Virus record (IMG/VR): IMGVR_UViG_3300010935_000210
Coordinates: 1 to 39,501 of that record
Source: a virus
Reading direction: 5' to 3' (one strand)
Length of the DNA: 39,501 nt
The position numbers and the translations under genes were made by a program. Below are positions 31,573 through 39,501 of this stretch, one piece after another (within the stretch, counting starts at the first letter, position 1; each line of letters opens with the position of its first letter). The notes under the pieces were generated by a model. That model saw nothing but the letters and a program-made list of their open reading frames with translations, was not told the origin of the DNA and made no database searches.

Positions 31573-33782
31573 CCCGCACAAGCCCGCCTCAAGTTGCCTT
31601 TTCCAGTGGAGAGCTTGACCCGCTGTTGCACCGTCGGTTTGACTACCAGCGGTTTCAGACGGGCCTGGCCAAGTGCAACGGCTTCCTGCCGTTGCAGCAG
31701 GGTGGCTTCACCCGTGCGCCCGGCACGTTTTACCGAGGTCGCACCCGAGGCGATGCGAAGGCTGTTCTTGTTCCGTTTCAATTTGCGGCCAATGACGCGC
31801 TGACACTAGAGTTCACCCCCCTGAAAATGCGGGTTTGGCGCTATGGCGCTTTGGTCATGTCTGGGTCTGTTCCTTATGAATTGGACACGCAATTTGATGC
31901 CACGTCCCTGTCCAGCCTGCGTTGGGTTCAATCGGCTGATGTTGTCTATTTTTTAGACGGTATCCGCCCGATCTATCAGCTGTCGCGGTTTGCTTTGGAC
32001 AATTGGACACTGGCGCCAAAGGAATTTTCGACCGGTCCATTCCGGGTGCAAAACCTTGATAAATCCAAAACGCTGCGTGCCAGTGCCGAAACCGGCACGA
32101 TCAACATCACGTCAAACGTTGCCTTCTGGACCGCCGATCACGTGGGGTCTTTGGTCAAGTTGGAGCCCGTTGACAATACGCAGATTGCACTTTGGACAAG
32201 CAACGAGACTGTAGGTGTTGGAACCCAACGTCGGTACGGGTCAAATACCTACAAGGTGACCGCCGGTACAAACAGCAAAACCAACCCGCCCATTCACAGT
32301 GAGGGAACCCAGCGCTACGATAACGAGCCACTCATTTGGCAATTTATCTCTGATGGCGTTGGCGTCGCACGCATAACCTCGATCACGAGCACGACAGTTG
32401 CTGTAGCCGAGGTAATCAAGACAATCCCGCGCGGCTGTATCGATGATGCAACCTATCGATTTTCTGAAGGCGCATGGTCGGCAAAATATGGCTGGCCGAG
32501 CGCTGTCGAAATCTATGACCAGCGTTTGGTTTTTGCAGCATCGATCAGCGACCCGCGCACTGTCTGGTTTTCTGGCATAGGTGATTTTGCGGATTTTGCC
32601 CAAGGTGTCGAAGCGGATCAGGCTTTTACCTACACCATCGCCGGTGACAGCAGTGTGAACCGCATTTTGAATATCCGGCGGGGCAGTGCCGGTTTGCATA
32701 TTTTTGCGTTGGGCGAAGAGTATTCAACCCGATCGGAAAGCCGCGCCCAAGCGATCGGGCCCACGACCGCCGTGTTCGGAAAAGACAGCGAGTATGGGTC
32801 AAGCGTGGCTGTGCCGATTTCGCCGGATGGCAAACCGATCTTTATCACCCGCGACCGGCGTCGCGTGATCCAGATCGCCTATAATTTTCAGGAAGACGGA
32901 AACCAAAGCCGCGCGCTGTCACTGCCTGCGCAGCATCTGGGCGCAAGTTCTTTTGAGCAGATAGTTTGGCAGACAACGCCCAATCGCATTGGCTGGCTGC
33001 GCCGTGGCACTGGTGACCTTGTGGCCATGATCCACGACCCTGCCGAGGAAATTTTGGGCTGGGCCACTGTATCTGTGGCTGGTGGTTTTGTCGATGCTAT
33101 GGCCATTTCACCTGATGCCAACGGCAAGTCTGACATCTTGACTATGGCGGTCTTGCGCGAAGTCGATGGTCAGATTGTGCGCATGATCGAAGAGCAGGCA
33201 CTGACCTTTGGCGTTTTGACAGGTGCGCAGCCCATCTCAGAAAGCTGTCATTTCTTTGCGGCCCGTGAATATGTCAACGACAGTGCAACGGATACGTTCG
33301 ATTTGTCGCACCTGATTGGCCAGGCTGTTTTTGCCTGGACAGATGAGGGACAGTACGGACCGCTTACCGTGCCCGAGAGCGGTACACTGGTACTGCCAGT
33401 TTCAGTCAGCCGTGCAATCATTGGCTTGTTCGATGACAGCCATGTAACTGATACACTCGACATTCAGGCTGCCACGCAGAACGGCAACGCCATGGGCCGC
33501 CAAAAGCGGCTTCACGCGGTTTCTGTGGCTGTACATCGCACCGCCCAAGGCAACATCAAAGTAGTTGAGCGTGATTTTGCCGTTTCAGAACGGATCAGCC
33601 AATCGCAAAAGATCGTGCCAAATTCGGTTGGATCAGACTTGACCGCGGCCTTTTCCGGCATCGTTAAAATCGCCTTGCCATCCGGTCACACGAAGGAATT
33701 GGCATTGCGGTTCAGCCCCGACGGAGGGGCCCCAATGACGGTGACCGCCATCATACCCGACGTACAGGAGGCAGGCAGCTAA
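31569..33782 (+). CDS. Tail tubular protein B / nozzle-like (737 aa)
   Basis: The N-terminal FSSGELDPLLHRRFDYQRFQTGLAKCNGF motif is typical of podovirus nozzle and stabilisation proteins. Size is close to T7 gp12. Confidence 0.6.
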   Translation: MTRTSPPQVAFSSGELDPLLHRRFDYQRFQTGLAKCNGFLPLQQGGFTRAPGTFYRGRTRGDAKAVLVPFQFAANDALTLEFTPLKMRVWRYGALVMSGSVPYELDTQFDATSLSSLRWVQSADVVYFLDGIRPIYQLSRFALDNWTLAPKEFSTGPFRVQNLDKSKTLRASAETGTINITSNVAFWTADHVGSLVKLEPVDNTQIALWTSNETVGVGTQRRYGSNTYKVTAGTNSKTNPPIHSEGTQRYDNEPLIWQFISDGVGVARITSITSTTVAVAEVIKTIPRGCIDDATYRFSEGAWSAKYGWPSAVEIYDQRLVFAASISDPRTVWFSGIGDFADFAQGVEADQAFTYTIAGDSSVNRILNIRRGSAGLHIFALGEEYSTRSESRAQAIGPTTAVFGKDSEYGSSVAVPISPDGKPIFITRDRRRVIQIAYNFQEDGNQSRALSLPAQHLGASSFEQIVWQTTPNRIGWLRRGTGDLVAMIHDPAEEILGWATVSVAGGFVDAMAISPDANGKSDILTMAVLREVDGQIVRMIEEQALTFGVLTGAQPISESCHFFAAREYVNDSATDTFDLSHLIGQAVFAWTDEGQYGPLTVPESGTLVLPVSVSRAIIGLFDDSHVTDTLDIQAATQNGNAMGRQKRLHAVSVAVHRTAQGNIKVVERDFAVSERISQSQKIVPNSVGSDLTAAFSGIVKIALPSGHTKELALRFSPDGGAPMTVTAIIPDVQEAGS

Positions 33783-34345
33783 TGTGTATCCCAGCAGCTC
33801 TTGGATTATTAGGGGCCGGTGGCGGTGCCGCAGCGGGCGCTACCGCCGCCGGGGCCGTTGCTGGTGCGTCGACTATTGGCAGCACGTTGGCAACTTTGGG
33901 CACAGTTGTGTCAATTGGTGGCGCTTTGGTGCAGGGCATTGCAGGCATGCGGGCGGCTGAAGCCAATGCCGCAGCAATTGACCAACAGCGCAAAACCGAG
34001 ATCCAGCTAAACGCAACCGAGGATCAGCGCCGCCGCGCCCAAATGGGTAGCCAGATTGCACAGCAACGTGCCGAGCTGGCAGCTCGTGGCGTATCTCTGG
34101 ACAGTGTGACAGCCGTCATGTTGGGCCAGACCGCTGCCAAGGAAATGAGCTTTGAAAGTCAGGCAGTGCGGTCGACAGGACAGGCACGTGATCAAGAGCT
34201 TTCATCTGCTGCACGCGCCACCCGCGCAGAAGGCACCCAAGCCATGCTGAAAGGTGGTTTTTCCGCAGCGGGCACGTTGCTGAAGGATGCCCCTGATATC
34301 TGGCCCGGGTTTATGGATAAACGCGTGGGTGGGCTGTTGGCATGA
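33782..34345 (+). CDS. Internal virion protein (gp14-like, 187 aa)
   Basis: Gly/Ala-rich hydrophobic N-terminus, then a Gln/Arg/Ala-rich helical region. TAATG coupling. Confidence 0.55.
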   Translation: MCIPAALGLLGAGGGAAAGATAAGAVAGASTIGSTLATLGTVVSIGGALVQGIAGMRAAEANAAAIDQQRKTEIQLNATEDQRRRAQMGSQIAQQRAELAARGVSLDSVTAVMLGQTAAKEMSFESQAVRSTGQARDQELSSAARATRAEGTQAMLKGGFSAAGTLLKDAPDIWPGFMDKRVGGLLA

Positions 34346-36477
34346 CACTAACCATTCCGCGTGCCGGGGTTATCGCAGGCCGTGCCCCCCAGTTGACCCC
34401 AGAGCAGCCCAGCCAGTTTGGCGCTGGCCTGTCTGCTTTGGGTGATAAAATGGCCGAGATGGGCACAAAGTATAAAGCGGAAAAGCTGGACTTTCAGGGC
34501 AAGAAAATCCAGATCGATCTAGCCCGTGATCTGTCAGCGGCCCGTCTTGAAGCCGAGCAGCAGGGCGATCCAGAAGCCATTGGCGCCACGTGGGATACAC
34601 GCAAGACAGAAATCACCCAACGCTATTTGAACGGCAAAGACGAGGCAGGCAACCCTATTGTGCCCGAAGCCTTGCGCCCGGGCATCGAGCTTACCGCCGC
34701 CGAACTGGACAACCGGCACACCGATGCCCTTGCCCGCAAATCGGCAGGGCTTGTGCAGTCGCAGCGGGCTGCCAGCTGGGTTGAAACCTACGACCGCGTT
34801 GCCCTTGAGGCCAGCAAGGCAGATGCCGAAACCGCAGGCGCAATGCTGGAAGTGGCAGATGATGCACTGGCCCAAGCGGTGGCCAATGGTGCGATGACAC
34901 CCGAGGAAGGTGCAAAAGCACGTATCAGCTTGCGAGAAAGCGTGGCGACAGGCCGCGCCGTCACACTGATGGAAACCGATCCAGACGCATTTTTGCAGCG
35001 TGCCGATAGTGGTGAATTTGACGATTTGGGTGGCGAAGGGCTGGCCCGCGCAAAAGCCAAAGCTCAGGCTGATATTTACCGCGCAGCCGCCGCAGCTAAA
35101 ACCGCTGCCAAAGTCGCGGCCAAGGCCGAAGAAACGGAAATCAGCAAACGCCTAGATGAAATGTCAGACATGATGTTCAAGGGCTTTACCTTGACGGATG
35201 AGGCATATTTGAACGACCCGAGGGTGATGGCAAACCCGAGTTACGGCAAGGCCGTCGCCGCAAAAGCGCTACAGGTGGAAATTCCCGCGATCAAGCAAAT
35301 GACGATCCCCGAGCTGGACGCGCAAATCGCGATCGAGGAAGCTGCCCCCAAATCCCGAAAGTACCAATTGGAGCGCATCGATTTGTTGCGATCATGGCGC
35401 GATGCTGCCGTGACCAAATGGAACACGGATGGCGTTGAACAAGCCAGACGCGCCAAACTGCCCGTCAATGACCTTCCGGCTTTTGACGCCCAGGCCCCCA
35501 ATGATTTTGCAGCGGCCCTACCACAGCGCATTGCTCTGGACAAATTCGCCACAGAAACCAAGCGAACCACCACGCAAGCAATGTTCAGTCTACAAGAAAA
35601 ATCGCAGCTGGATGTCGTCCTAGATACCAAAGCCGAAGCTGGCCCCAAATTGGAGCTGGCCCGTGCTATTCTTGCGGGAGCCAAAGGAGATGCAGGCCGG
35701 GTGATGACTGTGTTGGGCGTTGACCCGACGTTCCGCCGTGCTGCCTGGGCGATAGAAAACACTGGCGACAGCGCATTGGCCGAGAGCATCCTGCGCGGCA
35801 AGCAAAAGGCCGAGCTGAAAACCGTCATTCTGCCTGCCCCAAACATGATGCAAAAAGCGTTTGATGAGGCCACAGGCGGTGCCTTTGATAACAATCCTAC
35901 ATTCAAATCCGAAATCCTTGATGCCGCCACCGCCCTTTATGCCGATCAAGCGGCCGGCATTGATCCCGAAAGCCAAAGCGGCACAGGTTGGCTTGACGAT
36001 AGCACTGCCATTGACCTGTTCACCCAATCTGTCCAGCGCGTGACCGGCGCACAACCAGACAGAAATGGCAGCCTGACTATTGGCGGAGTGCAGTCGATCA
36101 ATGACGGGTTTGTCAGCCTACCTGTTGGAGTGGCGGCAAAATCTGTCGAAGATGCGCTTGACAACCTGAGCCAGCATTTGCGCGGACAGCGCCGCAGCGC
36201 CGAAGGCTGGGACAGCAGCCCAACGGCAACGCCGCCCGATATTTTGCGTGCGTTCAAAGCTGCCAGTGTGGATGGCCGAGTGCCAGCATTCGGGGCCAAT
36301 CCGCAAGATACTTTTGCCGATCTGACCTTGCAGCGATTGATGACACGTGATGGCCGTGAAACCGATCAGTATGTTTTCATGCGCAGCGACAAGGGCCGCT
36401 CTGTTCCGGTCAGTGATGCCAACGGCGTCGAATACCGCTTTCGCCTTCCGGCCTTGATCCGCGAGGCGGGCAAATGA
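34342..36477 (+). CDS. Internal virion protein (gp15-like, 711 aa)
   Basis: Long helical Ala/Glu/Lys-rich ORF. ATGA-coupled at both ends. Size is like T7 gp15. Confidence 0.55.
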   Translation: MTLTIPRAGVIAGRAPQLTPEQPSQFGAGLSALGDKMAEMGTKYKAEKLDFQGKKIQIDLARDLSAARLEAEQQGDPEAIGATWDTRKTEITQRYLNGKDEAGNPIVPEALRPGIELTAAELDNRHTDALARKSAGLVQSQRAASWVETYDRVALEASKADAETAGAMLEVADDALAQAVANGAMTPEEGAKARISLRESVATGRAVTLMETDPDAFLQRADSGEFDDLGGEGLARAKAKAQADIYRAAAAAKTAAKVAAKAEETEISKRLDEMSDMMFKGFTLTDEAYLNDPRVMANPSYGKAVAAKALQVEIPAIKQMTIPELDAQIAIEEAAPKSRKYQLERIDLLRSWRDAAVTKWNTDGVEQARRAKLPVNDLPAFDAQAPNDFAAALPQRIALDKFATETKRTTTQAMFSLQEKSQLDVVLDTKAEAGPKLELARAILAGAKGDAGRVMTVLGVDPTFRRAAWAIENTGDSALAESILRGKQKAELKTVILPAPNMMQKAFDEATGGAFDNNPTFKSEILDAATALYADQAAGIDPESQSGTGWLDDSTAIDLFTQSVQRVTGAQPDRNGSLTIGGVQSINDGFVSLPVGVAAKSVEDALDNLSQHLRGQRRSAEGWDSSPTATPPDILRAFKAASVDGRVPAFGANPQDTFADLTLQRLMTRDGRETDQYVFMRSDKGRSVPVSDANGVEYRFRLPALIREAGK

Positions 36478-39400
36478 CACTGGACGAAGAACTGGCCCTG
36501 ATCCAGCAGAACAACGCCCCAGCCCCCGATGCAGACCCTGCCCCAGTCAAACTGGCCCCCGAGGCTACACCAGTGCAGGATCTGGCCCCTGTCGCGCCTG
36601 AGGCGGTGCCAGAGGCTAAGCCAATAGACGCCCCGTTCGATGTTGCACCAGAACCGACCCCAAACCCCGGCGATGATATGCCTGCGTTGCAGACCAATTT
36701 GCCCGTGCCGTCAAATGACGAACCAGCGGGCGTTTGGGATAATATGAGTGCGGGTTGGACTGAGGACACAATCACGCGAAACCGGCGCGACTATCACCAA
36801 ACCAAGCGCCGCGATTTGGCGATGGATATGTTTTCGCGCCTTCCTGATGACGCCCGCCAGCGCGTGATGGACCGACGCTGGGATCACGAAAATAACTGGA
36901 TCGATCTGGAACAGATGGTCATCGATGAGGTCGCCAAGGATATTTCCCGCGATCCTGCCCGCTATGGCGACATGCCTTTGACCCAAGCCGATTTTGACGC
37001 TCGCATCACAGCCGAGGAAAAGGCCGAGCTGGAAGAAGCGCAGGCCACACTGGAACGCCCCGGTGGGTTGATCAGTGAGTTTATCGGATCGGCAGGTAGC
37101 ACTATGTTCAGCCCGACCCAAGGCGCTTTGATGTTCGCGGGCGCTGGCACGGGTGGCCTATTACGCATTTTGGCCACTGAAGCCGCCATTGGTGGCGTGT
37201 CCGAGGCGGTTGATTTGCCCGACCAGTTTGACGCTGCCCGCCGCCTTGATCAGCCAGAACCTAACCCCGTTTCGCAAATTGCCCTTGGCGCTGGATTGAG
37301 CGCAGGCTTTGTCGGGGCGATCAAAGCCGCGGCCCGCCTGCCATCGGCCGCGCGGTCCTTGCAAGAACGTGCCGCTGCCCGCCGCCAAATTGCCATTCAA
37401 TCTGCCCCTGAAGGCATGGCGCCACATGAGGCTGCATTAGCCGTTGATGCCGCCGAGGGCGCGCTACGCGGCGATCGCACTGTGCAAGAGGCTATCACGC
37501 CCCCGCCAGAGGCTGGCACGTTGGGCGATGTTTTAAGCGATGGCCCTGTCTTTACCCGCGTGCTGGAGGCAGGCAAAGGCTATACCGTTGTGGCCGGTCC
37601 AAATGGAGAGGCCTTGCGCCGTGAAGGCACCCGCGCGTGGCGCAATAACAACCCCGGCAATATCGAGTACGGCAATTTTGCCCGATCGCAAGGGGCCGTA
37701 GGTACAGATGGCCGCTTTGCTGTTTTTCCGACCTATGAAGCGGGCCGGGCTGCGAAGGCGCAGTTGCTTTGGGGTAGCAAAGGCTATCGCGGGATGACGA
37801 TCGGGCAGGCAATCAATCGCTATGCGCCGCCATTTGAGAACAACACAGCAGGCTATGCCAACACCGTTGCCCGTGCAGCAGGAGCTACCACAAACACGCC
37901 GGTGGCATCTCTAACCGCGCAGCAGCGTAAACTTATGCTGGACGCGATGGAGCGGGTAGAAGGGTTTCGCCCTGGCAAGGAAAACGGTGTTGCTGCCCCT
38001 TCCCGACGATCTGGCATGTTGCCCCCCACAACGGATGCAGATGTTCCAACCTTTCGCACGAGCCGTGGCTATACCGAGACAGGTCAGGTTACCGCAGGCG
38101 ACGGGTTCAAGGTCGATGTGGATTATGAGGTTGTGGATCTGTCCACCCTGTTTCGCGCCACTGGAGATTTTCAGCCGCGCGACCGCAGCCGCATCAATTC
38201 GGATGCGTGGATTGCCGACACAGCCGCCCGGTTGGACCCCGCGCAACTGATGCCAAGCCCCACGGCCGACCGAGGCACCCCGATTGTCGGGCCTGACGGC
38301 ATGATCGAGAGCGGCAACGGGCGCTATGGTGCGATCGAGCGCGCCTACGAACGCCACCCCGACCGTGCAGATGCCTACAAGGCCCAGATTGAGGCCGCAG
38401 GCTATGCCATCCCCGAAGGCGTGGCGCGCCCAGTTTTGGTGGCCCGCCGCAAAACAGACCTGTCAAAAGAGCAGCTGCAACGGTTCACCCTTGAGGCCCA
38501 AGACAGCGGCGTGGCAGCGATGACCCCTTCAGAGGTCGCGCGCGCATCCAGCCGCGCGATGTCAGCGCCCGTGCTGGGGCAACTAGATCCATCGGCACCC
38601 CTTACTGATGCGGCCAATGGTGGCTTTGTACGGGCCGCTTTGGCGGGTCTACCGCGATCTGCCCGCAACGCGATGTTTGATGCCAGCGGCCTATTGAACC
38701 GCGAAGGCAATCGCCAGCTGCGCGAGGCACTGTTTGCCCGTGCCTGGCCTGATGCTGACATCTTGGCACGGTTTACCGAAACAGATCCCGGCGAGATGAA
38801 GACTTTGATGGAAGCGCTGGAAAGCAGCGCCCCGGCGTGGGCTGCGCTGCGCGCTGATATCGAGGCTGGGGCCGTTGTGCCTGACATGGATATCGGCGGT
38901 CACGTGTTGGACGCGATGCGCCTGATTGCGCAAGCCCGCGACATGGCCAAAAAAGGCGGACCCAAGACGGACAACGCCTTGGCCGAATTGCTGGATGAGG
39001 TGGATTTGCTGACCGGCCCCGTGCCGCCGCTGACCGTGGCGATGGTGCGCAAATTCTGGACCAATGGCCGCGCGGCCAAGGCCGATGACGTGGCAGGCTT
39101 TTTGACGCGCTATGCCAATGATGCCCGCAAGGCCGGTGCGTCGGGTGCGATGTTTGACAGCCCATCACCGCGTGACGTTTTGCAAGCGATCGACAAGCCC
39201 GGCTTTGCCAATCTGCCCGAGGATATTGGCGCGGCCCGTGGTTACCGGGCGGCGGAGCCAACCGAAGCGCAAGCGCTGCCCGAAGAAGGTTTTGGCCAAG
39301 GTGCGGCCAGCCCTGAGGCGGTGGCGGCGGATGCCACAATCCGTGAGGAATTGGAAGCGCCGAGCCCAGTCCCTGATGCAGTGTCGACTGACCTACCCGC

Positions 39401-39501
39401 CCCCGACCGTTTTGCCGATCTGCGCGACGGGTTTGAGGATTTGTCGATCGACATGCCCGACGGTACCGCGCTGACCATCCGCGAGGTGCTGGATGATCTG
39501 G
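36474..39501 (+). CDS. Internal virion / ejection protein, polyvalent type (1031 codons in total; continues at 2-307)
   Basis: I checked codon by codon that no stop occurs from 36474 to 39501. It contains a WRNNNPGNIEYG...FAVFPTYEAGRAA domain (about 37632-37860). It also contains a ParB-N-like QPR (38172-38180) ... GNGR (38313-38324) domain. Confidence 0.7.
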   Translation, partial: MTLDEELALIQQNNAPAPDADPAPVKLAPEATPVQDLAPVAPEAVPEAKPIDAPFDVAPEPTPNPGDDMPALQTNLPVPSNDEPAGVWDNMSAGWTEDTITRNRRDYHQTKRRDLAMDMFSRLPDDARQRVMDRRWDHENNWIDLEQMVIDEVAKDISRDPARYGDMPLTQADFDARITAEEKAELEEAQATLERPGGLISEFIGSAGSTMFSPTQGALMFAGAGTGGLLRILATEAAIGGVSEAVDLPDQFDAARRLDQPEPNPVSQIALGAGLSAGFVGAIKAAARLPSAARSLQERAAARRQIAIQSAPEGMAPHEAALAVDAAEGALRGDRTVQEAITPPPEAGTLGDVLSDGPVFTRVLEAGKGYTVVAGPNGEALRREGTRAWRNNNPGNIEYGNFARSQGAVGTDGRFAVFPTYEAGRAAKAQLLWGSKGYRGMTIGQAINRYAPPFENNTAGYANTVARAAGATTNTPVASLTAQQRKLMLDAMERVEGFRPGKENGVAAPSRRSGMLPPTTDADVPTFRTSRGYTETGQVTAGDGFKVDVDYEVVDLSTLFRATGDFQPRDRSRINSDAWIADTAARLDPAQLMPSPTADRGTPIVGPDGMIESGNGRYGAIERAYERHPDRADAYKAQIEAAGYAIPEGVARPVLVARRKTDLSKEQLQRFTLEAQDSGVAAMTPSEVARASSRAMSAPVLGQLDPSAPLTDAANGGFVRAALAGLPRSARNAMFDASGLLNREGNRQLREALFARAWPDADILARFTETDPGEMKTLMEALESSAPAWAALRADIEAGAVVPDMDIGGHVLDAMRLIAQARDMAKKGGPKTDNALAELLDEVDLLTGPVPPLTVAMVRKFWTNGRAAKADDVAGFLTRYANDARKAGASGAMFDSPSPRDVLQAIDKPGFANLPEDIGAARGYRAAEPTEAQALPEEGFGQGAASPEAVAADATIREELEAPSPVPDAVSTDLPAPDRFADLRDGFEDLSIDMPDGTALTIREVLDDL
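39263..39501. repeat. Terminal overlap copy 2 (identical to 1-239)
   Basis: Direct comparison with bases 1-239. Confidence 0.9.

Overview
The window is one complete, circularly closed genome of a temperate tailed phage with a unit length of 39,262 bp. Bases 1-239 are identical to 39263-39501, and a 1031-codon ORF runs in frame across that junction.

Organisation:
- Minus-strand lysogeny / early-left operon (13651 down to 8778): small early genes, AlpA/Xis-like and HTH proteins, and a tyrosine integrase. Six accessory genes follow the integrase, each joined by ATGA or TGATG overlaps. They include a DHH/DHHA1 phosphoesterase and an ASCH protein.
- Immunity region: an HTH + S24 repressor (13956-14579, minus) with a small 2-TM gene downstream of it. 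The AT-rich control regions on both sides share a CTATAAAA(T/A)ATAG motif.
- Plus-strand unit of about 33 kb starting at a Cro-like gene (14667). It contains a Toprim primase, a CxxCxxCC protein, an SF3-type primase-helicase and an iteron/palindrome cluster (20893-21162). Next come a TerS-like gene, TerL and a non-structural cluster (gp49-like, Ala/Lys/Asp-rich protein, GapR/DUF2312 homologue, GNAT-like).
- The same unit continues with portal, scaffold and major capsid genes, then T7-style tail tubular A/B-like genes. Four consecutive internal-virion/ejection proteins follow (187, 711, 1031 and 832 aa), then fibre-like genes.
- It ends with a lysis cassette (M15 endolysin, holin, overlapped i/o-spanins) and more fibre-like genes, next to an attP that is the 3' part of a tRNA-Asn(GUU).

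No phage RNA or DNA polymerase ORF is visible. The host is probably an alphaproteobacterium; this is inferred from the GapR homologue and the GC-rich coding style.

Most interesting observations:
- a ParB-N-like (QPR...GNGR) domain plus an NNPGN domain inside the ejected 1031-aa protein;
- the int-coupled DHH/ASCH cassette lying between int and attP;
- the phage GapR cluster between terL and portal;
- a single in-frame TAA splitting a fibre-like gene (8100-8102);
- the CCACAACGG iteron/cruciform region;
- an intrinsic-terminator-like hairpin right after the cro-like gene.

All functional calls come from motif recognition by eye and gene order. No database search was run.
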